Source of the DNA: Octopus vulgaris
Lineage: Eukaryota
Direction: 5' to 3'
Assembly (NCBI GenBank): GCA_951406725.2
Contig: OX597814.1
Location: 117,862,001-117,926,000 of the forward strand
Length of the DNA: 64,000 nucleotides
The notes under the pieces were generated by a model. That model worked only from the letters and a program-made list of their open reading frames with translations, ran no database searches and was not told the origin of the DNA. A program made the position numbers and the translations under genes. The first letter of the stretch is position 1; each line of letters opens with the position of its first letter. Shown one piece after another: positions 1 to 13,903 of the stretch.

Positions 1-187
1 GTGTATCTATATATGTGCGTATGTATATTCACGTACATATTCGAAGTGTGAGAATGCATGACAGCAGGTATTTTATTATTTGCTTTGGCTTACGGCTATA
101 TGCGTACACGTTTGCCTGTTTGTTGTTTGCTGGTGTGTTGTTTGCCGTTAGTTTATGTACTATCGCTTGCGTTTGAGAGTGTGTGTG

Positions 188-223
<36 letters not shown>

Positions 224-784
224 CTGTGCGTATTTGTACCTGCCACATATACGTTCGTGCGCCAACGGCTTTAGGGTGCGAGTGTGTCTCCTCTGTGTGT
301 GTATATATGTTTGAAAGGACAATGGACACAATTTAGAATAAGAACTGTAATGAAAAAATGAAGAACGAATGTATAGTGCGTGTATTTATTTGGGAAAAAT
401 GACCAACCCGAAATACAATAATACACACACACACAAACACACATATATATATCGTCGGATGTTTGCATGTGCACAGTGCTTTTTTATCTCTCTTTCTCCC
501 TCTCCCTCTATAGTTTATATAATTCTTTTATTATACGTATGTGTTCTTTGTGTATAGTGTTGCATTGTAAAATGCATAGAGCACTTCAATATAGTTCTCT
601 TGCCTCCAACGTTTTTTCATTTTTTTGCTTTGTTTACCGTTTCGTTGCTGTCTTTATATAAAAGATTCCTCTGTCTACTTTGTGACAGAATAAGATTTGT
701 AATTTATGTATAGCGTTGCATTTTAAAATGTATAGAGCACTTCAATGTAGTCCTCATCTCTCTATAGTCATTTTTTTTTTGTTT

Positions 785-1000
785 TGAGAATTCTGCAATT
801 AACACTTTCTGGTGTGTTGTCTATTCTATATTTGATGTAATTCGCTCTTAGCGCTTACTCTTGGGCAGCACAGCTTAGAGACTCCGTTTCTGGTTTTAAA
901 TCACTTGTTGTCATCCATAGCCATATTTTCTCTCAAAGTTATCTTCAACGTCCCCATGAAATTGCCCATGCTTTCTTTTCTTTATCCGCCTATTTTTCAA
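785..1000 (-). mobile_element. Degenerate R4/Dong-type non-LTR retrotransposon fragment (pre-zinc-knuckle region)
   Basis: Minus-strand translation WLWMTTSDLKPETESLSCAAQE*ALRANYIKYRIDNT parallels WLWMRRSNLKVETEALICAAQEQALK at 10467-10760 and WLRSSGLKAESEGFILAAQDQSL at 1158-2048. Bounded by a (TTA/TTG)n tract. Confidence 0.75.
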
Positions 1001-1157
1001 TACTATTATTATTGTTGCTGTTGTTGTTGTTGTTGCTGTTATTATTATTATTATTATTATTACTATTTTTTTCTTCTTTCAAATTTGCTTCCATTTCTTG
1101 CCGAGTGTCTTCCCGACTCCTAGGGCAAAGAAATTCATAGTATATATTGGTAGGCCA

Positions 1158-2048
1158 TTAAACCAAACTCAGTTCTCTCATCGACAATGCTCTTCTCAAT
1201 ACGTGTGATGTACCAGTTAAGACAATCTTTTGCACTTCTTGCAGGGATGGTAAGCCAGGGATCATTCTCATATAATTTTCGGTTCCCTTCTTGATCATTC
1301 CTAGTGCTCCTACGATCACTGGTATTGTAACCGCCTTGAGATGCCACATTTTCTCAATTTCAATGAGTAGGTCTTTATATTTTCTGAGCTTGTCAAACTC
1401 TTTCGCTGAGATATTATGATCACAAGGGATGCTCATGTCGATCAATAAGCAAACTTTATTGTTTTGGTCTTTCACAACAATATCTGGTTTATTGGCCTTG
1501 ATGGTTCGGTCTGTATGTACTGGAAAGTCCCACAGAATGGTTACATTTTCTCCTTCAGTTACAGCCTCTGGGTGGTGATTATACCACTTGTCGGCAGTTT
1601 TGATATTGTAATGCCGACTTATTAGCCAGTGGAGATATTGGCCAACTCTGTCATGTCTTAATTTATACTCCACTGGTGCTAAGACTTTACATCCAGAGAT
1701 TAGGTGGTCCACTGTTTCAATCATGTCGTTGCAGAATCGGCATTTTGGGTCTGCTCCATTTTTCATCACATTGGCCTGGTAGTTCCGGGTTAATAGGCTT
1801 TGATCTTGAGCAGCCAGGATGAAACCTTCGCTCTCTGCTTTTAGCCCTGAGCTCCGTAGCCACTGATGGGTTTGCTTCTGGTCAACATCAGCTTGTTTGC
1901 TGCGGGTCACATATTTGCCGTGCAGAGGTTTCTCCTCCCACCTATCAGCCAATTGCTCGTGCGCTTTTTTCATTGCCATCATTTTCACCTTCTTTGCAAC
2001 AATAGTTGCCGTACTTCCCTCGGATTGTTCAGTTTGGGTATCCTGCAC
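1158..2048 (-). pseudogene. CCHC zinc knuckle and restriction-like endonuclease domain of the R4/Dong element
   Basis: 296-aa ORF with CxxC..H..C, RHD, PDIV and IDMSIP motifs; C-terminal IPVIVGALG..QKIVLTGT.HVLRRAL. Confidence 0.9.
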
Positions 2049-2052
2049 GAGA

Positions 2053-3342
2053 TCAATAGCAACTTTTTTTGCTTTCCTTTATGATAGAATGAAGCTTCTT
2101 TCGTCTCTCGTGATTTTCCACGAGCTTTAGCATCCAGTCATTCGATATTTCGAGATATTTGGCCAGTCCAATTGTGGTTGTTTTGTAAGCTAGTTCAAAT
2201 TGGATCAGGCCTCGACCTCCTTGGGCTCTGGGAAGGTAAAGGCGATCTACGTCTGCCTTTGGGTGGTGCATCCTATTACAACTCAGCAGCTTGCGTATTT
2301 TTCTATCTATATTCTTTACTTCACTCATATTCCAGTTCAACACATTGTAGCTATAAGTAACAACTGGAACTGCTAAGGAAGTTATAGCTAACACCTTGTT
2401 ACGTGCATTTAGTTCAGATTTCAGGACTGCACGAACTCTCCTATAACATTCCTTGCTGATTTTCTCTTTCATGCTTGCATGCTGAATACCAGAGCCTTCA
2501 TTTATCCCTAAATATTTGTATGTTTGTTCGTGCTCAAGCTCTCTGATGACTGTGTCAACATCTAACACGACTGAATTTGTGGTCTTCACTTTCCCTTTCT
2601 GGAAAGTGGCCTTGGCACACTTCTCAAGTCCAAACTCCATCCCGATGTCATCGCTGAATGCTTTCACAGTGCGCAATAGGCCTTCAAGTTCATTATTGTC
2701 TTTACCATAAAGTTTTAAGTCATCCATATAAAATAGATGGCTTATTTTTTTATTGGCAATTTTATACCCATACACTGTTCTGTTTAATTCACTTGTAAGG
2801 GGTATTAGGGCTATGCAGAATATTAAAGGTGAAAGTGAGTCACCTTGAAAAATTCCACAGTTGATGTTTATATTTTCTGAGGCAAGTACTCCATTAGAGT
2901 GGTATAATTGGAGATTCGTATTCCACAACGACATATTGTGCTTCAGGAAGTTTGAAATCACAGGGGAAATTTTGAAGATGTCCAGCGATCTCAAGATCCA
3001 TGTATGCGGTATACTGTCGAAGGCCTTTTTATAGTCAATCCATGCGGTGCTGAGATTTCTGCGCTTGTTGTGACAGTTCTCAAGGATCATACGATTGATT
3101 AGCAGTTGATCTTTGCATCCGTAAGAGCCTCGGCGGCACCCTTTTTGTTCAATGGGGAAAATATCGTTCTTCTCCATGAATGCATATGTTTTCTCCGCCA
3201 GGATAGATGTTAGGATTTTATACGTGGTGGATAGACAGTTTATAGGCCGATAGTTTTTTGGAAGGTTGGTTTCGTTATTCTTTGGGAGTAGGTAAGTAAT
3301 GCCACTTGCTAACCATTCAGGTGTTTTCTTTGGGTCTCTCAT
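2053..3342 (-). pseudogene. Reverse transcriptase domain of the R4/Dong element (frameshift-bounded)
   Basis: 429-aa ORF with non-LTR RT motifs including the YMDD catalytic motif. Confidence 0.92.
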
Positions 3343-3933
3343 AATTCCATTGAGCAGCTGAACTAGCTTACCGTGTATGGCATGGGAGGGATGCGAGCCA
3401 GAAATTCGGCACCCTATCTTTACCGGGGGATTTCCAATTATGGGCCTTCGTGAGTGCCTTTCTTAGGTCTGCTATTGTGATGTCTTCCCATGCTTGTTGT
3501 TGTAAATTTTGGTAGGATCCTTCAGTTTGCATAATCCAGTCTGCATTTATGTTGTACGTCTTCTTGTCACTCCAAATCCTTTTCCAAAAGTTTTGAACTT
3601 CTTCCATGGGAGGGTGGTCTTTAACGGTTACTTTCTCCTTCCCTATTTCTCTGTAGAATTTTTTGGCATTGGATGTGAACAGCTTATTTTGCTTGTAAAA
3701 CTTGTTTCTCTTCTCAAATCTTCGTATTCTTTGGGCTTTTGCTTGGACTTTTTGTTTCAGCGTTTCTTTTATTGATATCAGTTCTTCTCTTGGTGAGGAT
3801 CCAAATTTTCTCTTCAACTTTCTTCCTGTTCTGGATCTTACATCATTTCCACATATTAGTTCATTTAATATTGATATTTCCCCTCTCATAAATTCAATCT
3901 CTTTTTCAATTTTACTATTATTATTATTATTAC

Positions 3934-4232
3934 TTTTTTTTTTCTTCTTTCAAATTTTCTTCCATTTCTTGCCGAGTGTCTTCCCGACTCCTAGGGCAAA
4001 GAAACTCATAGTGTATATTGGTAGGCCATTAAACCAAACTCAGTAGTTCGTTCATTTTTTTTTTTTTTTTTAAAGTTAAATTAAAATACATGAGCAGCAA
4101 CAGTTCTCACATCGACAATGCTCTTCTCAATACGTGTGATGTACCAGTTAAGACAATCTTTTGCACTTCTTGCAGGGATGGTAAGCCAGAGATCATTCTC
4201 ATATAATTTTCGGTTCCCTTCTTGATCATTCC
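3934..4232 (-). mobile_element. Heavily 5'-truncated copy of the same R4/Dong family (last ~42 codons plus 3' UTR)
   Basis: Near-identical to 1066-1300; encodes GMIKKGTENYMRMISGLPSLQEVQKIVLTGTSHVLRRALSM*; (TAA)n on both sides. Confidence 0.92.
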
Positions 4233-4250
4233 ATTATTATTATTATTATT

Positions 4251-4801
4251 GACTGAGAGAGCAGTGCATGACATCAAAGTCACACTGGGGTAAAATATAC
4301 GAAGCCCAGTATACCCATCATGACTACCCATCTGATAAGGGTACACTAGGCACATGCATCACAACCATATGTGCGCGACATGATCTCATATCAAAATAAA
4401 CAGCACATAACCTTGCAGGTGGGGCCCAGTTAGAATTTTCTTCAGGTCGAGTAACCCATCCCACTCTAAAGGTCCCTGAATAAGGGTTGTTTAAGGATGT
4501 TGAACGAAACACCCATGTTTCCAGAGGTGAATTATTCAAACCCCAAAGAATCCCTCTCAACACATGGCTATGATGCTCCCCCACTACTTCTGCTCGTGAT
4601 CAGAGATGCACATATCGTCAGCCGCTAAGTTACATGCTCAACTGGTTAAACTCAAACAACTGACAAACAAATCTGTGGTATCGAGCAGAATATTTGCTGT
4701 AGCTCATCTTTTATACCAAGACAAAACAATGTACATGATAACACTTCCAATCAGTTAAGAACAGAAGCCATGAGAGCCACTGCCTGGTACTGCATCAGGG
4801 C

Positions 4802-4804
<3 letters not shown>
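4251..4804. mobile_element. ~555-bp non-coding interspersed element in (TAA)n, copy 1
   Basis: Co-linear end to end with 7404-7960, same termini, (TTA)n on both sides, no credible ORF. Confidence 0.85.
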
Positions 4805-4832
<28 letters not shown>

Positions 4833-4850
4833 GTTATTACTATTATTATT

Positions 4851-5295
4851 GTCTTTACACAGCTTCTAACGCTGGAGATATAAAACTGCGTCAGCTGTTC
4901 ACAACTATTATTTTCCGAGCACCTTCCGGAGTATTCGAGCGGTTCCAAACAGTGCTGTTTTCTGCACGTGCTCCACCCTTATTGCAGTCCATACTTGTTC
5001 CATGTACTTTTCAAGATTTTTGCTCACTGTTCCCACTGCTCCGACAATTATTGGTAAAACTACCACCTTTTTCAACTACTTAACCTCCGAAGCTAACCTG
5101 TCATATCTCTCAACTTTTCTCTCTTCCTTATCGAATACCTTGTTGTCAGCTGGGCATGCTATATCTATGATCCAGCATAGTTTGCTTTCTTTCTCAATTA
5201 AGACTATGGCAGGCTTCCTAATCTCTTTCTTATGGTCGCACTGAATCATTGAGTCCCATAGGAACCGTCCAAGTGTTGATAATCTTATTCCGTTC
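4851..5295 (-). mobile_element. R4/Dong-type 3' fragment, different family (RLE domain plus 3' UTR)
   Basis: KPAIVLIEKESKLCWIIDIACPADNKVFDKEERKVERY (endonuclease motif) and C-terminus HVQKTALFGTARILRKVLGK*. Confidence 0.85.
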
Positions 5296-5329
5296 GTATT
5301 CTGTTTCTTTACCAACATTCCCATCTATG

Positions 5330-6238
5330 GATATTGATACGTTATTTAGAAAAAACATGTTTTTCTTAATGATTTCTGACAACTATATCCGGCCTATTAG
5401 CCTTACTTTTTTTGTCTGTGTGTATTGGCATATTTCAGATTATAGGTGCTCTCTTATTTTCTGATTCTGAGGAGAGCAAATGCACAGCTTCCAGTGCATA
5501 TAGGTCCCAACTCTGTTGTGCCTGTGAATATATTCCTGTTTAGCCTGGACTGGGCAGTGAGAGACATCATGATTTATTGTTTCTTGTCCATATGCACATA
5601 TTTTGCACTTGTTATATTTCTTTTTCAAAACATGTGTTTGGTAATTACTGGTGAGAAGGCTTTGGTGTTGTTCTGCAATTAAAATTCTTTCAGTCATTGC
5701 TTTGAGTCCTGAGCTTCTCAGCCATTGTTGGAGTTTTGGCTTGTCAATATGATTTTGTTTCAGTTTAATACATTGTTTTATCATGATTCGTTGCTATTCC
5801 AGTTCTAGTTTGGAACTCAGTTGTTTTACAAATTTTGTTGCTTCTTCTTCTTCTACATAGCTGTTAGTTACTATGATTGGTTTTTTTGTAATTCTCAGCT
5901 TCCTTAAAATCTGAAAACAGATTTTGTTTTGTTCGTGCTTTATATCTATTTGTATTCGCTTTTCTTGCTTCTTATGTAGCTATTCATGTGGTCCTATGGT
6001 GGTTGTTTTGTAATAAACTTGTAGCTGTATCAAGCCTCTACCACCTTCCACGCATTGTACATATAAACTTTCTAAGTCACATTTTGTGTGGTGACTTAAA
6101 ATCATGACATTATTTGTCTTCATTACCTGTTTTTTTTATTAGATCATTTAGAGTCCAGTTAAGAATATTGTAGCAGTACCTTATAACTGGGACGGCCAGT
6201 GTTTATACCTATTATCATGTTTTTCGCATTGAGCATTG
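5330..6238 (-). mobile_element. Degenerate R4/Dong-type fragment (RT C-terminus to zinc knuckle)
   Basis: ORF 5440-5784: QWLRSSGLKA..QSLLTSNYQ..CKICAYGQETINHDVSHC..RHNRVG. Confidence 0.85.
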
Positions 6239-6291
6239 TTTTATTATTATTATTATTATTGTTGTTGTTGTTATTATTATTACTGTTATTA

Positions 6292-6365
<74 letters not shown>
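6239..6365. repeat. (TAA)n microsatellite
   Basis: Direct read of a (TTA)n run. Confidence 0.97.
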
Positions 6366-6368
<3 letters not shown>

Positions 6369-6794
6369 TAGTTTTATTTTTATAGCGTGCAGCATATGAG
6401 CAGCATATGGAGGTTTGTTATGAATATATTATTTAGCTATATCTGTATGCGTGTAGGTTCATTTTGATGTGATCATCTATTGTTTAAGAGAAAAAAAATA
6501 CAGAGAAGATAAAAAAGAAAGGGATAAAGGAAGCTGCACGTATAATACATAACTTAGAAGCAGCGCTATAGATGTACCAATGCACACTAGATTGAGACAT
6601 AAGCGACATCACGCACTTCTCAAGAGTAATTCCGGAATGAGCTTCGTGAGACTCCATTTAAGAATATCTGAAGAAGGAATTTTATTCTGAAATATCATCG
6701 GACAATGGATAACTAAATTACAACAGTTATATAGTCCATTTTTTGTATTATAGTGCATTGTTGTACCTTTCAAAACTTTTTGTTCTTCTTCTTC

Positions 6795-7403
<609 letters not shown>

Positions 7404-7957
7404 GAGTGGGAGAGCAGTTCATGCCATCAAAGTGACACTGGGGTAAAATATACGAAGCCCAATATACCCATCATGACTACCCGTCTGATAAAGGTACACC
7501 AGGCACATGCATCACAACCATATGTGCGCGACATGGTGATCTCATATCAAGATAAACAGCACATGACCTTGCAGGTGGGGACCAGTTAGAATTTTCTTTA
7601 AGTTGAGTAGCCCATCCCGCTCAAACGGTCTCTGAATAAGGGTTGTTTAAGGATGTTGAAAGAACCACCCATGTTTCCAGAGGTGAACTATTCAAACCCC
7701 AAAGAATCCCTCTCAACACATGGCTATGATGCTCCCCCACTACTTCTGCTCGTGATCAGAGATGCACATATCGTCAGCCACTGAGGGACATGCTCAACTG
7801 GTTAAGGTCAAACAACTGACAAGCAAATCTGTGGTATTGAGCAGAATATTTGCTGTAGCCCATCTTTTATACCAAGACAAAACAATGTACATGATAACAC
7901 TTCCAATCAGTTAAGATCAGAAGCCATGAGAGTCACTGCCTGGTACTGCATCAGGGC

Positions 7958-7960
<3 letters not shown>
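7404..7960. mobile_element. ~555-bp non-coding interspersed element in (TAA)n, copy 2
   Basis: Full-length match to 4251-4804. Confidence 0.85.
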
Positions 7961-8041
<81 letters not shown>

Positions 8042-8042
<1 letters not shown>

Positions 8043-9392
8043 ATGTTTTTTCTTCTTTCTTCAAATTTTCTTCCGTTTCTCTCCGAGTGATTTCCATACA
8101 CCTAGGGCAGAGAAACTCATTGTATGCATTCCCAGATTACACGCGCAAATTCACAGACAAAATATGTATTTAAAATGTAATAAATAAATAAATTCATGGA
8201 TGGATGTTGTTTTCACACCGATATTGCTCTTCTCATTACATGAGCCGTTCCTGTTAATATGATTTTTTGCACTTCCTGTAGAGATGGTAAGCCTGGAATC
8301 ATTTTCGAATAGGTTTCAGTACCTTTTTTTATCATTCCTAGAGATCCTACAATCATTGGTACTGTAGTCGCGTTGAGATGCCAGTTTTCAATTTCTATTA
8401 GCATGTCTTTATATTTACTAATCTTGTCAAATTCTTTCACCGCTATATTGTGATCGCAAGAAATACTCATGTCAATTAATAAACACTTCTTTTTCGTCTG
8501 ATCTTTTATACTAATATCCGTTTTATTAGCTTTTATAGTCTTGTCGGTCTGTACGGGGAAGTCACATAGAATCGACACATTTTCTCCCTCAGTCACAGCT
8601 TCAGGAACGTTTTTATATAATTTATCAGCGGTTTTGATTTTATAATGCCGACATATTGTCCAATGTAAATACTGGCCGACTCTGTCATGTCTTGCTTTAT
8701 ATTCTGCAGGTGCTAAGACTCTACACCCTGAGATTAGGTAGTCCATAGTTTCAATCTCATCGTTACAGAATCGGCATTTTGAGTCAGCTCCATTTTTCAT
8801 CACATTGGCTTGGTAGTTCCGAGTTAATAAGTTTGGTCTTGAGCAGCTAATATGAAACCATTACTCTCTGCTTTTAGCCCTGAGCTTCGTAATCATTGGT
8901 GCGTGTGCTTCTGGTCGACATCAGCTTGTTTGCTAGAGGCCACATACTTGCCAAGAAGAGGTTTCTGTTCCCATCTGCTAGCTAAATTTTCATGTGCTTT
9001 TGTCTTTGCAATTAATTTTATTTTCTTTGCAGCAGCAGTTGGCGCATTTCCTTCAGCCTGATCAATCTGGTGGGTATCTAAGAGATTAGCAGCGAATTTT
9101 TTGCTCTTTTTGAGAACTGAGTGAAGTTTTTACTGTCTTTCATGTTTTTTCAACAAGTTTTAGCATCAAATCGTTGGTTGCTTCAAGTTATTTGGCCAGT
9201 CCGATTGTGGTGATTTTTTATGTAAGTTCAAGCTGGATCAAACGACCTCCCTGAGCTCTGGGAAGGTAAAGACGATCCACGTCTGCCTTTGGATGGTGCA
9301 TCTTATTACAAGTCAGTAGGTTGCGGATTTTTCTGTCAATTTTCATTATTTCACTTGTATTCCAGTTAAGCACATTGAAGCTATAAAGAACA
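8042..9392 (-). mobile_element. R4/Dong element, sister subfamily of 1066-3912, 5'-truncated
   Basis: ORF 8213-8803 has CRFCNDEIETMDYLISGC, RHDRVG, IDMSISC and VPMIVGSLG. The 3' UTR is homologous to 1070-1140. Flanked by (TAA)n. Confidence 0.9.
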
Positions 9393-9466
9393 ATTATTAT
9401 TATTATTATTTTACTTTTATTATTATTATTATTATTTTACTTTTATTATTATTATTATTATTTTAC

Positions 9467-9510
<44 letters not shown>

Positions 9511-9511
<1 letters not shown>

Positions 9512-9647
9512 CTTCTTTCAAATTTTCTTCCATTTCTTGCCGAGTGTCTTCCCGACTCCTAGGGCAAAGAAACGCATAGTGTATATTGGTAGGCCATTAA
9601 ACCAAACTCAGAAGTTCGTTCATTTTTTTTTTTTTTTTTAAAGTTAG

Positions 9648-9648
<1 letters not shown>
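9511..9648 (-). mobile_element. 3'-UTR-only copy of the 1066-3912 R4/Dong family
   Basis: Near-identical to 3940-4078, lying between two (TAA)n tracts. Confidence 0.88.
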
Positions 9649-9730
<82 letters not shown>

Positions 9731-9990
9731 CATTATCATCATCACCATCATCATCATCACTGATATCACTGATATTATTTTTGTATGTTGTAAAAGCAAC
9801 CAGTAGCAGGGGTGGTGGTAGTAGTAAGGGTGATAGTTGGGCTTCCGATTCCTGTTCTATCATAATAGTAGTAGTAGTAGTAGTAGTATTTATTATTTAT
9901 CATTTTCCTTCTCCTTCTTCTTCTTCTTCTTCCTATTATTATTATTATCGTTGTTGTTGTTGTTGTTGTTGCTTTTGTTGTTCTTGTTAT
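9649..9990. repeat. Compound trinucleotide microsatellites (TTA/TCA/GTA/TTC/TTG)
   Basis: Direct read. Confidence 0.9.
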
Positions 9991-10019
9991 GTGATTGAAA
10001 CTCACAACTTATTTTCCTA

Positions 10020-11175
10020 GGTATGATGGAAAGTGTCAGCTGTTCACAGCCACAAGACTAAGGTGACCCTCATTTACTGGTCATGCTTCAAATAACCTGC
10101 GAAGAGTTCTAGCAGTTCCAAGCGATGCTGATTTTTATCGGTGTTCTTCCTTCACATTTGTACCAATCTTTTTTGGGCATGTTTTTAGTTGAATTCTGAT
10201 ACTGTCAAGTCCACTAATTGCAATTAGTATCACGTGTACTCTCTTTCGTATTTCTCACTTCAAATCATCATAGTTGGTTAATATTTTTTTGTTTCGCTTG
10301 TTGTCAGTGTGGCATGCTTTTTCAATTATCATACCGTTCTTTCGTTTTTATTCACCACAATAATGCCCTGGTTCCGATATCTTGTCGTTGATGGCACTGG
10401 ATCATTACATCTCACAGGATTTAGCAAATTTGAATTTTCGGTGACTCCTTCTGCAGTTTGTTCATATCACGTCTTTACTCCCTGTAGGCCGTGATTTCCA
10501 CAGATTTCCCAATAGATCATTCTTGCCACATTGTCATGGCGTCTTTTGTATTCGCGCTGTGCCAATTTCAAGCATTGGCTAACGATGTGCCATGTCGTTT
10601 CATCCCCCGCACCACATGTTCTGCAGTTTTCACTATCGGTAGTGTTGTGTACTCTGCACTTCAACGCTTGTTCCTGAGCTGCGCATATGAGTGCTTCTGT
10701 CTCTACCTTCAGGTTACTCCTCCTCATCCATAGCCACCGGACCTCTATATTTCTTTTCATGATTATATCTCTTGCAGATAGACAGTATATTTTCTTTTCC
10801 TTGCAGGGTTTTTCGTTTTTCTTCTTTGATCAATTCTAGTTTAAATTTTTTCTTTTGTTACCCAATTTTCAGTTTCGATGACGCCAGTATTTTTCATGTG
10901 TTTCACGGCATTTTCCAGTGCTTCACGGTATTTTTATATACCACCCTAGGTTGTTTTCTGTGCTTCGTTACAGTCCTGACAACTCATGAAACCTCTCCCA
11001 TCCTTTCATCTGTACAACTGCAGCCTATGGGTTTCACTCTTAGTGTGGAAGTCTCTGCGTACTGTCAACATTTTTCTGGTCTTAGTATCCATTTTCATCA
11101 CTTGTCTCTTTTGTCATTTTATAATTCCCGCTTCATACCGAGGAGGTGCTATCGAGCTAATATTAATTGATTAGA
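10020..11175 (-). mobile_element. Old, degenerate R4/Dong-type element
   Basis: ORF 10467-10760: ETEALICAAQEQAL..CRTCGAGDETTWHIVSQC..KRRHDNVAR. 3' end reads LGTARTLRRLFE. Confidence 0.85.
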
Positions 11176-11294
11176 TTTTTTTCTATCCAGTCAATTTAGA
11201 GCGAAACACCAGCCTCAATCGTCGAAATACTCTATCCTCAGTTACACTTTCATTTCCTTTTCCATTATTATTGTTATTATTATTATTATTATTA

Positions 11295-11387
<93 letters not shown>

Positions 11388-13903
11388 TTGTTATTATTAC
11401 TGTAAACCAGTTATCAGTAGAACAAAACAGCAAAACAAAAGTCAATAGTCAGTGACAGCTGTAACAGTAGTTAGAACAACAACAGCAACAACAGTGACAG
11501 CGAAAGCAACAACTTCAGCAGGGGGGAAAAAAAAAACTTCACCTCCAACGCCAGTGGAAGCAGCAAATACATCACCACCAACACCCAATCATCATTAACG
11601 AAAATAAACGAGGACAATGAAAACGAACCATGTGGATGTGCTCTTTGCCGTTTTGCCAAAGCGACGCAGCTAATCCGTGAAAACAAAATTTTGTAAATTA
11701 AAGTGAATTGAAAAGTATATTATTTATGTTGGAAAAATGTTGCCGAAATATGGCACTAGATGTCCCCAGATCTGTCAAACAAGAAACTAATTTGCAGACA
11801 GTTCCATACAAAACATTTGGAACAAATGATAGAAATGATATGGAACACTAGATAGAAAAATGTCAGCCACCAATTTGGAAGAGCAAAACTTATAATGCCA
11901 TTAGGTAAGTCAGAGAACACTCAGAGTGCTGTTCGACTCAGAGGCAACGAGTGGCAAACTCATCTCCATCCCCATTTCCCAAAGCTGATTCAGTGTACTG
12001 TTGTATGCTTCCTTTATGTTTCGTGTTTTTTGTTCTTTTGCCTAGAGTGGTGTTTCTCCTATGCATTTAATATCGATATACCTTAAAACCAAAGCCCAAG
12101 TTACAAGTAAGATTCTTATAAAATGCTATATAATTCTATAAGACAAATTGACTAATTTCCATATTGTATTTATTTCTGAAGATTATTGACCGTGTTATAA
12201 AGCTCTTTGTGTTTTTGCTAAGGTGCGTTAGATTTGTGCCAAATTTAATGACAATCCTAAGGGGAAAATGAACCTATCTGAAACACACATACATGACGTT
12301 TGAAGATACAATTATGCTAAATTTTTATATTTTTGATAAAGTCAAGGTCAGTTTATTTGCTAATCAAGCACATTTTATTATGTAGCCTTTTCGTTTGCAT
12401 ATCTGAATTGTATCACATATATTCCTGGCAACTGTTTCTCCTAGGTTTATTGCTAACAGATTCGTATGTATATTTATCTTAAATAATTAACTCATGCAAC
12501 CTGAAATGAATTATTTGTGGGTGGTAGAAGTCATTTTGCCATTCTAAAATTCCTATCTTTTCAGTTTTGGAAAGTTCCTGAACTAATTTGTCTTTCTTCT
12601 TGTTTTGTTGCTGTCATCTACTTAGAAATGAATATTAAACAAAAAAATCCTACATTCTTTCATAAAGTTAATAATAATATTCGATCTCAAGCAAAAATAG
12701 TAATGTTATGGTTTATTGTTGATCTATCCTTCTATCCCATATATAAAGTTGCTTAACAATCACCCTTTACTTTTACATCAAACCTTGCATTTAAAAGGAA
12801 TAGGTTTCTGCTATATAAGTTACACATAAATTTAATCATCAGTTGATAACCATCTCCATAATTCTTAATCAAAGTGTAAGCAATGATTTTTTTCATTATA
12901 ATTTAAATGGTTATTAGAATAAATACTAAGTATCTTACATGCATATCTTAAATAATCTATTAAATCTGTTTATACCAGTGTTTCTTTTACACATCTTGAA
13001 GCTAATGTAAACAGTATCTGTAACTTTCTTTTTTTATTTAAATAGAAAACATAAATTTCCCCCAAAATTTCAAGCAATTTAATGTTCTGATTAGTAAAAA
13101 CTACCATAATGCAGAAACGATATTTATAGCACCCATTTGGTTGACTTTTGAGTAAATGATATTAAAAGTTTGACAAGAAGAGAATTATAAAGAAACTATT
13201 CATATGTGAATATTTTCGGTGTATATTTCCAATAATTATATTGATGAGTTATGAAGGAATAAACTTATTCATTTTTAACCATTTATTTACATTTCAAAAA
13301 CTAGTTATACGGATATTTGATTTCTTATGAGTTATAGAAACTAAAATGTAAGTACATATACACTGAGTAATAGATGGGTGCTTGTTATATACATCTCCTT
13401 GAATACGTGATACAAATCATATTCTAAAATTCAAAGAAAATGTAATATCTTGAAAAGAGAATCTTGTGTAAAAGGAAGCAAACTGCTTGCAGTTTGGATG
13501 GACTTCTGGAGACCGTAGACTGGTGAGGTAGAAGTATTACGTTATTATTAAATCAATTATGCCTGAGAAATGAAGCTTTGGTCTTCCCTGCAGTGGATAC
13601 TACCACTAGGATTGCTTTACTATTTTGTACAGAGGAAAGAAAAGAAAAGGACCAAAGAACCGACAAACTTCAAAATCAGAATATTTGGAAGAATAATGTG
13701 TATTTCCTTTTAAGAAAAATGCATAATCTGCGAGGTACAATTTCGAGGCGAAAAACACGAACCGACAGAAGATATTCTGACGTCAGGCCATTGATGTTTT
13801 AGCTGAGAATGCGAGCGAAGACTGCTTTTCTATAGCTCGGGGTCAAGGCATCTACAACGATAAAGCATTCAGCTGCAGAAAATCCTCACATTATAATTAT
13901 TTT

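Larger units (their letters stand above)
1066..3912 (-). mobile_element. R4/Dong-clade RLE non-LTR retrotransposon, 5'-truncated and nearly intact (RT, CCHC, PD-(D/E)xK endonuclease, 3' UTR)
   Basis: Three consecutive ORFs (3368-3889, 2053-3342, 1158-2048) are one ORF broken by two frameshifts. RT motifs PKNYRPINCL, WIDYKKAFDS, GIFQGDSLSP, LFYMDDLK; zinc knuckle CRFCNDMIETVDHLISGC; RHD; endonuclease KPDIVV..IDMSIP..K..KY. Both ends abut (TAA)n, the known Dong target. Confidence 0.93.

Noticed and set aside
551-755. ~45-bp diverged direct repeat, plus small tandem duplications at 15451-15488, 26939-26980 and 50874-50920
   Set aside because: Consistent with ordinary slippage or local duplication; no further structure.
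6662-6702. CTGAAGA-a-ggaat-tt-attct-GAAA-ta-TC as an HHR
   Set aside because: Stem I has only 2 bp and the stem II loop is 2 nt. Possibly a fossil, but not supportable.
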